64,000 nucleotides of DNA from Octopus sinensis (Eukaryota). Below, piece by piece: positions 12,227 through 25,688 of this stretch (position 1 is its first letter; each line of letters begins with the position of its first letter). The position numbers were made by a program, and so were the translations under genes. The stretch spans positions 86,552,001 to 86,616,000 of the forward strand of contig NC_043003.1 of assembly GCF_006345805.1 (NCBI RefSeq), given 5' to 3'. The notes under the pieces were generated by a model. That model ran no database searches. It saw only the letters and a program-made list of their open reading frames with translations, and was not told the origin of the DNA.

Positions 12227-13330
12227 AAGAAGGATGATGTTGATGATGATGATGATGATGATAATGATCCATTCATACACACACATATATATTCATATGA
12301 TATATAAATACATGCATGAATTCATCCACATGTATTGAAAGAAGAGCCACAGTTAATTAGTTTTAATTATCGCCATCTTTAATGTGTGTGTATTTTAATC
12401 TATAAATATGTCGCTGACTTACAGCATTAATTATTCATGTAGGTTGCGCGCATACGTTATCAATTCCATAGTAACCACCCATATATGAAATAGGGTTGAA
12501 TTTTTATAACACGTTCGTTTTTTTGTTTTTTTTTTCATTATTTTCTTTTACTGAAGCTATGACTAAACAAATGAGCATAGTTTCCTTTCATGCATAGTGG
12601 TAACATCTAATATCTTCAGCATCTTTGTATATGTTGGGAAAATGTACTGAAGTCCTCGAAAAACTAACTCGAAAGAAAAATAACTTGCTTCCGAATCCAC
12701 TTACAAATGTATTCAACATATTGGAGTTTAATGAAAACCCCGATAAAATCTTTTTCGGTTTAGCTTCTCTTTTTATGAGAAAATTGTTTCCCACCTCTTT
12801 CAGATGGTGATTTTAAGCGTGCAATAGTTTATAGTGAGACGAAAATTACAGCTTTGCCTACGAAATATCATTTTAAGTTGAAAATAGCTGAATTGTCACA
12901 TTGACATAAGTGGTTATAGATAATCTTCACTTCCATGCATTCAGCTAAAGGTAAAAGTTTCGTATATTAACGTGTGTTTCTAAGCGAAATATTCTTAGAT
13001 CTAAGACACAATAAATTCATAATTTATGCGGCATATAATCGTAAAATATGTAGCATCGTATGTAATAGTGGATATGATACACGAATGTTCTTCATACAAA
13101 TTGCCCCCCCCCGCCGCTCTCTCTCTCTCTCACTTTCTCTCAGTCAATCCTTCATTAACTCCTTCTTTCTCTATATACACGAACACATACACACACACAC
13201 ACCTGGAATCCTCTTATAGCCATTGTTTACCCCGCGGAATTGGCCCCTCGTAAAGACATTGGACATTTGACAGCAATTAGCTGTTTTCTATACCAGGAAT
13301 CTCTGGAACTCATCTGTTGGCTCTGTGTGC

Positions 13331-13401
<71 letters not shown>

Positions 13402-13540
13402 TTCGTGTGTGCGTGTTATAATAAAACTACCTAGGGTTTCTTGGCCGAAATAATAATTTATGTTGCTATTTCTTTTAAAGATATTTGCTTTTTTCAAACT
13501 TGGTTAATTGTATTTAACATGATATTCTTTTATTCCCTTA

Positions 13541-13760
13541 CTATTTTATTTGTTTCAGTGATTTGACTGCGGCCATGCTGGAACACCACTTTAAGGGGTG
13601 TTAGTTGAACAATTCGACTCCAGGACTTATTCTTTGTAAGTCTAATACTTATTCTATCGAGCTCTTTTGCCGAACCATTAAGTTACGGGGACATAAACAC
13701 ACTAACATCGGTTGTCAAGCGATGGTGTGGGAGAACAAACACAGACACAAACACAAAAAT
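13541..13760 (-). mobile_element. tRNA-headed SINE family A, 3' half
   Basis: TTTGTTTCAGT(G)ATTTGACTGCGGCCATGCTGG...CATCGGTTGTCAAGCGATG, as in the full copies. Confidence 0.85.
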
Positions 13761-13792
13761 ATATACATATATATATATATATATATTATATA

Positions 13793-13831
<39 letters not shown>

Positions 13832-13871
13832 CATTATTATTTTTATTTTTATTATTATCATTATTATTATT

Positions 13872-14346
13872 ATTATTGCAAATTTGGGAGTTTACCAATA
13901 GGACCAAAACTTCAATTTCAGGACAACCTTATTTTCTGGAGTACACCTAGAAATTTATATCCAAAATACTAATCTAATAATGTAATCATTTTAAGGCCTA
14001 CTATAACGTACAATAGAATTAATGAAAAGTTATATAAACGCATTAAAAAAATATATATACATATATATATACTTTACCTGTTATTAGTCTGTGGGTAAGG
14101 AAGATAATATTATCTTCCTTCCCCACAGACTAACAGGTAAAGTATATATATATTTTTTAAATGTGTTTATATAATTTTAAATTAATTCTAATGTACTACA
14201 TTATATTGTACAATATAGTAGGCTTTAAAATGATTATATTATTAGATTAGTATTTTGGATATAACTTTCTATGTGTACTCAAGAAAATAAGGTTGTCCTG
14301 ATTATAGTTTTGGTCCTATTGGTAAAATCCCAAATTTGTAATAATA
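13872..14346. repeat. About 470-bp imperfect palindrome with no spacer (fold-back element)
   Basis: Centre GATAAT|ATTATC at 14108/14109; arms ACTTTACCTGTTA..GTCTGTGGG and TTACCAATAGGACCAAAAC are mirrored. Confidence 0.85.
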
Positions 14347-14844
14347 TTATAATTGATACAGTTTGCTTTGCATTAATAAAGTGTAAAATTGTAAATATCC
14401 TGATAACCTGGAATAATTATTATTCGCTAAGTTTTTTTTTAAATATGTATATATATATAATATAAGATTATATCAAGAAGCCACCGTGCAAAACAAGTTA
14501 AGGGAAAAAATAAAGTATATAATTTTTTTCCTTATATATAAAATACATTATTATATCAAGGACTATGTTCATCAGTACGAACATAATCAGGAAAATATAA
14601 AAATAAACATCTATATATACCATGCGAACACAACACCTCCAGCAGAGCATATACAAATGTTCACACTTATATCTTCATGAAAGAGGCTTCTCTATCTCTC
14701 CATCTCGGCCACGTGTGTATTACCGAAATAATTTAGCACTGAATATATTCCGGTTTAATATTTATAAATGAAATATAAGGATAAAATCTCTATTCACGTG
14801 TCTTCGTCTTGTGTTTTTCTGTAAATTTCAGCTATATATATATA

Positions 14845-14917
<73 letters not shown>

Positions 14918-15251
14918 CTCTCAGCCTTACATATGCAATGATTTGATAAAACTTGTCTATAAATTAAAACTGACCCCATTAAACAGTGACAAGCAAAATC
15001 TGTAACAAGTCTTTCTTCCTGATACCTTAGTAGCTTCTAAGCTTCCTTGGCTTCTTGGAAATTATAGGTAAAATTATACTAATGTGTCCGTCTCTTTTAA
15101 TTTAGTTTAATTCTATGTATTTATGCAGCTGAGGATTGCTCTGCATTTAAAGTGATGTAATGGTTGCATTGTTTAATTAAATGGAGTTGCGTGAAACGAT
15201 CGTACTGCATTACCTCTACATATCCTTGTTGCTTATCTTGATATTCTTTTA

Positions 15252-15657
15252 TTATTTTATTTGTTTCAGTTATTTGACTGTGGCCATGTTGGAGCACAGC
15301 CTTTAGTCGAGAAAATCGAACCCAGAACTTATTCTTTGTAAACCTAGTACTTATTCTATCGGTCTCTGTTTGCGAACCGCTAAGTGACGGGGACGTAACC
15401 ACACTAGCAGTGGTTGTTAAGCGATGTTGGGGGGACAAACATAGACACATAAACATATGTATACATCATACATACATACATACATACATACATCATACAT
15501 GCATATATACATATATATATATATACGACGGACTACTTTCAGTTTCTTCTACCAAATCCACTCACAAGGCTTTGGTCGGCCCCTTGCCCAAGGTGCCACG
15601 CAGTGAGACTGAACCCGGAACCATGTGGTTCGTAAACCCCACAGCCACTCCTGCCCC
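15252..15657 (-). mobile_element. SINE family A, near full length with a small deletion
   Basis: Reverse-complement head GGCAGGAGTGGCTGTG...GGTTCCGGGTTCAGTC; internal microsatellite; GACTGAAACAAA tail. Confidence 0.85.
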
Positions 15658-15789
15658 TATATATATATATATATATATATAGACAGAGAGTGTGTGTGTG
15701 TGTGTGTGTGTATGTGTGTGTGCGTTCTTCCTACATTCGATGGTTTGAATAAAGAGACAGGAGAACACAATTTTCCTTCAAAAAATAAA

Positions 15790-16295
15790 AAGTATTTGAG
15801 AAAATCAAAGATTTATCAACTAGGTTATGGCTGGGAAATAACAGTTTACTCGAACTAGCAGCCCTCAGCTTCCACTTTTTGACAGCTCCGAAATATCCTG
15901 CACGCGTTCCTCTCTGAGCTTGGGAAGATCGTCGAACACCTTTTGTCTTAGTTTTGCAAGCAAAGAGGTAGCTGTCTTTCTGAACCGCATCACATATATT
16001 GTAGTCCATAGGATCCTAATTGGAGGAAGGAAGAGACCAGAAATAGCTAATGAAGTCACAGAAATTTTACGATAGCCACTCTCAATCTTTCCGGGTGTAT
16101 GGCAAGGAACTGAATCTTACTGCCACACATGGCTTTTTACCATCTACTTTCTCCAGCCAGGCTTTTGACTAGTCTCCAGCAACTTCAGATAGCCGCATCA
16201 ATTGATCTTAAGGCGTTGTTCGAAAATGCTGGATGAATTCCGGCGTGTGAGAGCAGTCAGAATACCCGTTGTGTTTTTTTTTCTGCTGGTCATGA
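15790..16295 (-). mobile_element. maT/mariner transposase remnant
   Basis: Minus-strand pieces QDSVPCHT and DFISYFWSLPSSN*DPMDYNICDAVQK correspond to the QDSAPCH and WPPSSPDLNPMDY motifs. Confidence 0.6.
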
Positions 16296-16675
16296 CTTCG
16301 TGCATTGTTTAATTAAATGGAGTTGCGTGAAGCGATCGTACTGCATTACCTCTGTTGTAACGTTTTGCAGCCTTTACGTTGTTCACAGTGAACTGAACAG
16401 CAGTCATGATGTCGGCGATTACATACTCGGTGTAAATCATAAGACAAGTAATTATTTTCCTATATGCAGATGGTTTCCAGTCCTACAGAGCAGCTGACAT
16501 TATCTCAACTGCAACATGAAAAATTACGTTCTACAACTGACAGATTAAGCTGTTTCTGAAAAAAGAAGATCAAAAGCCGTCAGATTTAGCCCGGAAGCAC
16601 TGTGTATAAATCTATGTGTGTGTTGTGCGTGTGTATTTATGTATGTATGTATGTATGTATATTTATATATATATA

Positions 16676-16732
<57 letters not shown>

Positions 16733-16752
16733 TGGTATATATAATATGTATG

Positions 16753-16783
<31 letters not shown>

Positions 16784-16797
16784 TTTATATATATATA

Positions 16798-16830
<33 letters not shown>

Positions 16831-17000
16831 CCTATATATACATATATAAATATATATCTGTATGTCTGTATGTATGTATTATATGTATATATCAAGTCAT
16901 CCATAAGTTCTGTCCGATTTTACCTTTTTAAAATTGAATGAAATTTAATGGTATTTTAGAATGTCTAATGGAATTTAAAATAATTAATAATAATAATAAT

Positions 17001-17210
17001 GGATTCAAATTTTGACACAATGGAAGCTATGCTGGGAGAGGGGATGAGTCAATTACATCGACCCTATTTTTTCACTGGTTCTTAATTTATCGGCCCCGAA
17101 ATTATGAAAAGCAAAGTCGACCTCGGCGGAATTTGAACTCAGAACGTAGCGACGTACGAAATACCGCTATTTCGTCCAGCGTGCTAACGATTCTGCAAGT
17201 TTGTTGCCTT
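17001..17210 (-). mobile_element. SINE family B
   Basis: GCAAAGTCGACCTCGGCGGAATTTGAACTCAGAACGTA...GTGCTAACGATTCTG. Confidence 0.8.
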
Positions 17211-17275
17211 GATAATAATAATAATATAATAATAATAATAATAATATAATAATAATAATAATATAATAATGATGA

Positions 17276-17309
<34 letters not shown>

Positions 17310-17363
17310 GGTGGTGGTGGTCGTCGTCGTCGTCGTCGTCGTACGTGATGATGATGATAATGG

Positions 17364-17418
<55 letters not shown>

Positions 17419-17454
17419 ATAAATGCCGACGAGGCTCATATGGATGCAAAGACC

Positions 17455-17486
<32 letters not shown>

Positions 17487-17544
17487 GGTGGTGGTGGTGG
17501 TTCGTCGTCGTCGTGTGTCGTCGTCGTGATGATGATGATAATGG

Positions 17545-17596
<52 letters not shown>

Positions 17597-17598
17597 AT
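17211..17598. repeat. Compound (AAT)(GAT)(GGT)(CGT)(GAT) array, partly tandem-duplicated together with the LINE 5' junction
   Basis: AAATGCCGACGAGGCTCATATGGATGCAAAGACCA occurs at 17421-17455 and again at 17599-17633. Confidence 0.9.
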
Positions 17599-19150
17599 AA
17601 ATGCCGACGAGGCTCATATGGATGCAAAGACCAACTCTTAACCAATCGCAGGATCTTTGAGAACTGTCATAACAAACGCAGAAATCTCAGTTCTGCATGG
17701 ATTGATTATAAAAAGGCCTTCGACAGTATACTGCATTCATAGATCTTGAAATCGCTGGATATCTTCAACATTTCTTCTGTGATTTCAAACTTCCTGAAGC
17801 GCAACATGCCAATGTGGAATACGAGTCTCCAGTTATACCACTCTGATGAAGTACTGACCACAAAAATTATTAATATCAACTGCGGCATTTTCCAAGATGA
17901 CTCACTTTCACCTTTAATTTTCTGCCTAGCCCTAATACCCCTTACAAGTAAACTTAACAGAACAGGGTATGGATATAAAATCGGTGACAAGAAAATAAGT
18001 CATCTATTTTATGGTAAAGATGATAATGAGCTTGAAGGACTACTACATACTGTGAAAGTATTCAGTGATGACATTGGGATAGAATTTGGTTTTGATAAAT
18101 GTTCCAAGAGCACTTTCCAGAAAGGGTAATTAAAGACTTCACATTCATTGGTGTTGAATGTTGATGCGGTCATAAAAGAACTCAAGCAGGAACAAACTTA
18201 CAAATACCTCGGAATAAATGAGGGCTTTGGCATTCAGCATGCAAGTATGAAAGACAAGATCACGAAGGAATGTTACAGGAGAGTTCGAGCAGTCCTAAAA
18301 TCCGATTTAAATGCACATAACAAGGTGTTAGCTATAAATTCCTCAGCATTTCTTTACTGTTATTTACAGTTTCAATGTGTTGAACTGGAATATGAGCGAA
18401 ACAAGGAAGATTGACAGGAAAATCCAAAGCTGCTGACTTGCAATAAGATGCACCACCCAAAAGCAGACGCAGATCGTCTTTACCTACCCAGAGGTCAATG
18501 CGGTCGGAACTTGATCCAACCTGAAATCTCATACAAAATCACCACAATTGGTCTGGCAAAATATCTTGAAACATCTAACGAATCTTGAAACTGGATGCTA
18601 AAGCTCGTTGAAAACTATGAAAGACGTAAGAAGCTACACTCTGTTATGAAGGAGAGCAAAACATTTTCAAGTGAATTTATGCATAAAACTCGGGTTGAAC
18701 AGCATGATGGAAGTGCAGCTGCTGTAGTTGCAAAGAAGGTGAAACCAATAGCAAAGCAAAATGCGTTTGAACTATTGCCTGATAGGTGGGAACAAAAACC
18801 TCTGCATGGCAAATATGTGGCCTGTAGCAAACAAGCTGATGTAGGCCAGAAGCACACCCATCAGTGGCTACGGAGCTCAGGGCTAAAGACAGAGAGCGAA
18901 GGCTTTATCTTGACTGCCTAAGATCAGAGCTTATTGACCCGGAGATATCAAGCCAATGTGATGAAAAATGCTGTAGACCTAAAGTGCCGATACTGCAACG
19001 ATGTGATAGAAACAGCGGATCACATAATCTCTAGATATAAGGTTTTAGCACCTGTCTTCCCCCTTTTTCTCTATCACATGACTTTGTAAATGAACAATCT
19101 GGTGTGTTTATTTTAATGGCCTACCAATGTATACAGTACGTTTCTCTGCC
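17599..19150 (+). mobile_element. RLE-type non-LTR retrotransposon (R4/Dong-like), 5'-truncated pseudo-copy
   Basis: KCRRGSYGCKDQLL..AWIDYKKAFDS, GIFQDDSLSPLIFCLALIPL, IGIEFGFDKC, YKYLGI, WEQKPLHGKY, WLRSSGLKTESEGFILTA*DQ, CRYCNDVIETADHII; several stops and frameshifts. Confidence 0.92.
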
Positions 19151-19219
19151 CTATGTGGGAGAAAGGCACTCGGCAAGAAATGGAAAAGAATTGAAGGATG
19201 CTACTGAAAATAATAACAT

Positions 19220-19222
19220 TAA

Positions 19223-19312
<90 letters not shown>

Positions 19313-19320
19313 GTAATAAT
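19220..19320. repeat. (ATT)n followed by (AAT)n
   Basis: Read directly. Confidence 0.9.
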
Positions 19321-19865
19321 AATTGGTGACGGCTATGATGATGATGATGACCACGATGATCATAATGTTAAATCATCACCATAAAAAGTAATGACTGATA
19401 CTGATACTCTTTTAATAACCAAAACTGAACACAATAATACGGCTTCTTTAGTTCCTTCATTGATATGAGAAATTAACAAGTGAAACATATATCAGGCAAT
19501 ATATTACAATCACAATTTCATGGAGAGCTGTTAATATGAAAGAGAATACGTTTCTTTCAAATTATTCAACTCTTAGAGATTTGCTATTTAATGTTTATTG
19601 ATTGCAACTAAACCAAGTATAATAACTGCTGTTTGTTATTCAACTCTAATGCTTGTATTATATGACATTGTTTGTGTTTATATTTATACCATCGGAGTAT
19701 TGTTTCTAAGTTCGCATCAATCAAAGTTTCAGGTATCCGCTGTCAAACCTTTTTTGCTCTTAATGTTAAAACAAAACATTGTCCTATATTCTGTAAAGAG
19801 CCTGGAATTGGCAGAAACTTTAAAGTATCGGACAAATTTCCTTGTGTTATTTAGAAGCCCGTCGT

Positions 19866-19868
19866 GTG

Positions 19869-19932
<64 letters not shown>

Positions 19933-20232
19933 CATGTATTTATGTATGTATGTATGTATGTATGTATGTATGTATGTATGTATGTATGTATGTATGTATG
20001 TATGCATGTATGTATGTGTATATGTTTGTGTGTCTATATTTGTTCCCCAACATCGCTTGACAACCGATGCTGGTGTGTTTACGTCCCCGTAACTTAGCGG
20101 TTCGGTCAAAGAGGTCGATAGAATAAGTATTAGGCTTACAAAGAATAATCCCTGGGGTTGATTTGCTGGACTGAAGGCGGTGCTCCAGCATGGCCACAGT
20201 CAAATGACTGAAACAAGTAAAAGAGTAAAAGA
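19866..20232 (+). mobile_element. SINE family A 3' half with an expanded internal (TG)n/(TATG)n microsatellite
   Basis: TTGCTTGACAACCGATGCTGG-type core, GGCGGTGCTCCAGCATGGCC and GACTGAAACAAGTAAAAGAG tail. Confidence 0.85.
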
Positions 20233-20629
20233 GTTTCGTCTCCCTTACATGTCCAGAATTACTTGCATGTTAAGTATATGTCGGTGTGCGACGTTAGTCT
20301 GGTAATGCAGCCTGTATCAGCCTCTGATTATTCAGTGCACTGTTTTGAGGGATGTTTAGTTGCTTATTTGTTGTGGAGAGGCTGCGTTCCAAGTAGGATG
20401 GCCATAACCCATTAAACTATTCCTGATCGAATTAATGCACTTGAATACTAATTTTCATAGTGTTGCCATTGTCCCTGTGATTCCAACAAGACGGCTGTTA
20501 TCGAGATGCCTTACGATAAGCAGAAACTTACCCAAAAGAATTTTACGGTGTTTCCTTCACGTCGAGAACAACAGTGAACTCTGCAACATGCAGTACTGAA
20601 TCGTATGGGATTCAGTACTGCACGTGTCA

Positions 20630-20880
20630 GTTTTGGTATTTGCGCTCTCTCCAGTGTCCGGTTTATTCCTTTATAATCGTATATTCTGGGAGTGGTTAAG
20701 GCAGAACAGGTCCAGGCGGTTACGGCCAGAGTTGGCTCTCATCTGATACTTTGGAAGCTTTTAGGCCTTCTGACGGAAATAAAGAGCCGAAAGTTTGGCC
20801 TATACGGAAGGCGGGCATTATCATTTTGTATTTCTATCTTCCTTATATAATTTTCGGAAAATGTTCAATAAACTTTTGAT
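20630..20880 (-). mobile_element. Decayed Penelope-like GIY-YIG endonuclease remnant
   Basis: Minus-strand reading RIGQTFGSLF..KVSDESQLWP..NHS resembles the YIGQT.R.L..R..EH...S.LA.H...NH pattern. Confidence 0.4.
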
Positions 20881-20929
20881 AATGGTGTTGGCTTCGTGTT
20901 GCAATGTATGAATATTATTTGACGTTGTT

Positions 20930-20934
20930 ATTAA

Positions 20935-20978
<44 letters not shown>

Positions 20979-21006
20979 GTTGTTGTTGTTGTTGTCGTTG
21001 TTGCTG

Positions 21007-21056
<50 letters not shown>

Positions 21057-21060
21057 TTGT
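20930..21060. repeat. (ATT)n(GTT)n(ATT)n microsatellite
   Basis: Read directly. Confidence 0.9.
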
Positions 21061-21871
21061 CATCATTCGCTTCAGTTCTATGAATTGCAGTGTTAGTTAT
21101 CTTTCGGGTTTTGCAAGTCTTTTTTTTTTTTTATTAAATACTTGATGCAGAAATTGTGAATATTTTTGAAGAGAAAGCAACCATGAAATTCGGATAAAGC
21201 TAGTGATGAAAAATCGCAATCTTTCGATAAATGTCTATGCAATAATGCAAAACCGAATACAAAAACAGGTTATTTGTACAATTATAATAATTAATCAATG
21301 GGCTTTGCGTGCATTGCTGAATCATTTTTTCCTATTTCACTGCACATTGTAACAAGCAATTTTAAAGTGTACCAAGAGAATAGCTCCGACAAGAACTGCA
21401 CAACAACAACAAAAAAACATTAATAAATAAATCTTAAAGTTGAGAGAGACGGCTAGAGGAAAAAGGAGAATGCATAAATATAATAGCGAAAAAATACATG
21501 AATGCGGTTTTCATAAACTGACAAAAATAAACAAGTTTAGCCAATACTGACGGAGCAGTTCAAAGAACAGGAAAAAAATTCCGACACAAATTCACTTTAA
21601 TTATGAGCTGTTTGAGATTCACCTGAGTGTTTAATCTCTGCCCCACCAATTATTTTCATATTACAATTATACGGTTCTATATATACGCACATTTATATGT
21701 ACGCATGTATATATATGTACATTTATGCGACTCTGCATGTGCTTATATGTTTATGAACATTTTTTGCGTCTATTTTTACGTAATGTACCTTTAAAGATGT
21801 GTTTAGATAAACGTCGTACGATCACCATTGGCAGTCGTCCACCACTCTAGCTAAAACTATTCATTAATATA

Positions 21872-22767
21872 CAGGGTGTTCCAGAAGTCTTGGGTACATT
21901 TCAAGTCCTCATATCTGCTGGACTATGATTGGTAGTAAAATGAAACCGGTACCATTTTAAAGCTAAATTCATTAAGTTTTTTGTAATGCTAATGATTTTT
22001 TCATATTTTTTCAGATCCAGTAACGGCGTTCACTCAACCAGAAAAGGCGTTTTGCGTCCTTGAATTTGCAAAAACTGAATCACAGACACTTGTTCAACGT
22101 GCATTTCGCACAAAATTCCGAAAAGAGGCACCAGAAAAGAAGTCCGTATTGAGATGGCATGGTAATTTCATGAAGGATGGGTGTTTGTGCCCAGCTAAGA
22201 GAACGGGACGCCTCTCAACTTTAGATGATACGGTTGAGCGAGTTTGAACTGCCTTCAAGCTGAGTCCCTGTAAATCAATCAGAAGAGCCAGTAAAGACTT
22301 CATTTTCGAACAGGATGGGGCGCATTAGATCCTCAGGGTTAGACGGTATCTGAACACAACACTGCCAGACAGATGGATTGGACGGTCTGGGCGAGATGAT
22401 CGCGTTCTCATGCCCTGGCCTCCCAGGTCTCTAGTTCTCACACCCTGCGATTTCTTTTTTTGGGTGCTTGTGAAAGGACAGGTCTATGTGCTTCCCCTTC
22501 CGAAAGACTTGGATGAACTGAAGGCCTGAATAACGAAAGCTGTTGCAACAATCGACAACGCAATGCTGGAACGCGTTTGGCAAGAATTGGACAATCGGCT
22601 TGATGTGTGCCGTGTGACCAATGGGGCTCACATTGAACGTCTTTGAACGTTCCATACAAAAACTTGAAATTGTAGGCTTTCAGAATATATCAGATGCGTT
22701 TTTATGTCCTTTGTAGTTTTCGAGGTATTCAATGTCAAAATGTGCCCAAGACTTCTGGAACACCCTG
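21872..22767 (+). mobile_element. Tc1/mariner element (DUF4817-type HTH plus DDD domain), internally deleted
   Basis: 30-bp TIR CAGGGTGTTCCAGAAGTCTTGGG(T/C)ACATTT with 1 mismatch; TA on the left, CA on the right; peptides EKAFCVLEFAKTES..VQRAFRTKF, FEQDGA, RWIGR..WPPRS..TPCDFF, VWQELDNRLDVCRVTNGAHIERL. Confidence 0.92.
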
Positions 22768-22857
22768 CATTCATGAATATATACAATCAGATCGTTAAAT
22801 TCCTAGATAAAAATCTTCACTCATGCTTACCTATATTTCATTACTGCATTCTATTTT

Positions 22858-23373
<516 letters not shown>

Positions 23374-25346
23374 ACTGTTAGTCTTTCTATTTTCATACAG
23401 TTTCACCATGTGCAACATTGTTTTCTATTTCTTTGCACATAACGCTTTCTCGAAAATAATCAAACTAAATTTATGATTCAAAGAGAATCACTCGTGTGGT
23501 CTTCAAATACCTAGCAGTGATAAAGAAGATTAAGGATTACAATGCTGTAAGAGATTATACATATCACAAATCCATCTTTGAAATGTATGGCAGAATTATA
23601 TCCAATAAATGTCATAGAAAATCTATGAAATTTCGTTTTAGTCAAAACCTAGTTCAAGACCAAAAAGAGGCTGTTTTTCTCCCGTAGTGTCTCTTTACCA
23701 CCTGTACACTACAAGATTTGTTTTGTCTAACGAAATATGTAGTGTGTGTATAATAAAACGAATATGTTCTGGCAGATTTGTGTAGTAATGTATATTTGCT
23801 GTCGTTTGTCATTAATGGAGAACATCTCCCTAAAATGTAGAGGTACATATAGCTGCTGCAGAGCTTTGATATTATTGCGTATCGGCAAAACTACCCTACA
23901 GGACCGATGAATGGTGAATCTAATTAGTGATCAGGTTCCTGCTTATGGGAATCAGCAAACAAATTATTTGTAGAAGCATGCTGATGTCAGCTAAACAGAC
24001 AGTGGTTCATGACATGCACGTAGATCAGCAAGAATCCAAACAATAGCGTATCTAGTCATTCGAACTCGAATATATAAACACGATTGTTATCGTTATCTCC
24101 CTTTAGGCGATGTGCGTTCATAGCACACGCAGTGCGGTGGTATAAGGCGAATCACACTGAAAATGAATAAATATGTTATTGCTTGGATTGTCGCTGTTCT
24201 GCGTGCACTCAGTAGCGGACATCAGCACGTATCAAAAATTTTCTGTTTCCTGTTTCGCTGTTAAATTCAGTTAAGTCCAGTTCAGTAGATTTGACTAAAG
24301 GGACACAAAATAGGATCGAAACATAGAAGTTTCTTACAGTCCCCTTAAACCGATGAATCACGTGTGTCATGAAAACACATCATCCAAGGGGAGGAGGTGT
24401 TCTCCCAAAAAGAAAAATAATGGCGATCAGATATTCAGGCTCAAATCTGCAAAAGCATATTGAAAATGAATAGATACGTTATTGTTCGCATTCTCGCGGT
24501 TCTACAAAAACCTCATCATTTATAAATTGGAAAGTACATCTACACACACCTTGTCTCTTCATAACTATTACTCGCGGAACCTTGGTTAGAACACCTTGCT
24601 CATATACGTTACTTGTTTTATTTTGATATTATTATTATTATCAATTTATTATATCTACGGTTGGAATCTCACATCTTTTCATATACATTTCTATTTAAAG
24701 ATTTTAGTTCCCCTTTCGAATAAAAACAATTTATCTGAGTAATCTAGGAGAAAGGAAATATAAGGTAAACTTTGGACTATAAATGATTTTATTGTATTTC
24801 ATCACATAAAACTTAAATCTAAAGTCTAGCTATTTTATGATACAGCGATAAGTACTTTCTTAAAAGGTTGATGCCATATCAATTTCTATAAATTATATAA
24901 AAGGCAATTTTTCATACTTATCCACAGGCTGTTAGGCACTTACTACTTTAATATGGTATTCGAGTGATGCTTCCCTTAACTGGCTATCTTCAGTCCATTT
25001 CAAAACCAATAAAGCTACAAGTACTTCTCCATTTCCTGAAGACTTTAATAATTCATGCAAGCAAATATCAAATTACCAAATATCTCGAAGTAATTCGTAT
25101 TGTTCATTGAGGAAAATAATTGAAAATCTAGACACAAAGTCCATTTGGTATATCATACTAGATTTTGTTTGTGTATATTTATGATTCCAGTATTCAGTTA
25201 TGATGGGGTCTACGATTTCTGATATCATTATTTTTCATTTTGATTCTATATATATTTATATATATATGTATGATTCTATATGTGTGTGTATGTATGCATG
25301 TGTGTATGTGTGTGTATTTATATACATACGTTTGTGTATGAATATG

Positions 25347-25354
<8 letters not shown>

Positions 25355-25420
<66 letters not shown>

Positions 25421-25460
25421 GACAGAGACAGAGACAGAGAGAAGAGATAGATAGACAGAT
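25355..25460. repeat. (TA)n(GA)n(GACAGA)n microsatellite
   Basis: Read directly. Confidence 0.9.
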
Positions 25461-25643
25461 GGATAAACAAGTGAAAGAAAATATAATCCAATACGCTTCG
25501 CGAAATTCTATTTGTTTTTTTGTTTATTTAAATTAAAAGATTGTCTCAGAAACGCATTAGGTAAATTAGGTAAAGCGTGAAAAATAGTCATAGGGAGAGA
25601 AGATTGAAAGACAAAGAGAAATATATGGCGTTAAAAGAAGAAG

Positions 25644-25688
<45 letters not shown>

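Noticed and set aside
17102-17645. Poly-His/Pro/Asp/Ile ORFs
   Set aside because: Translations of a compound trinucleotide array
24345-24385. CCGATGA...GAAA as a hammerhead
   Set aside because: Stem III cannot form and there is no stem I
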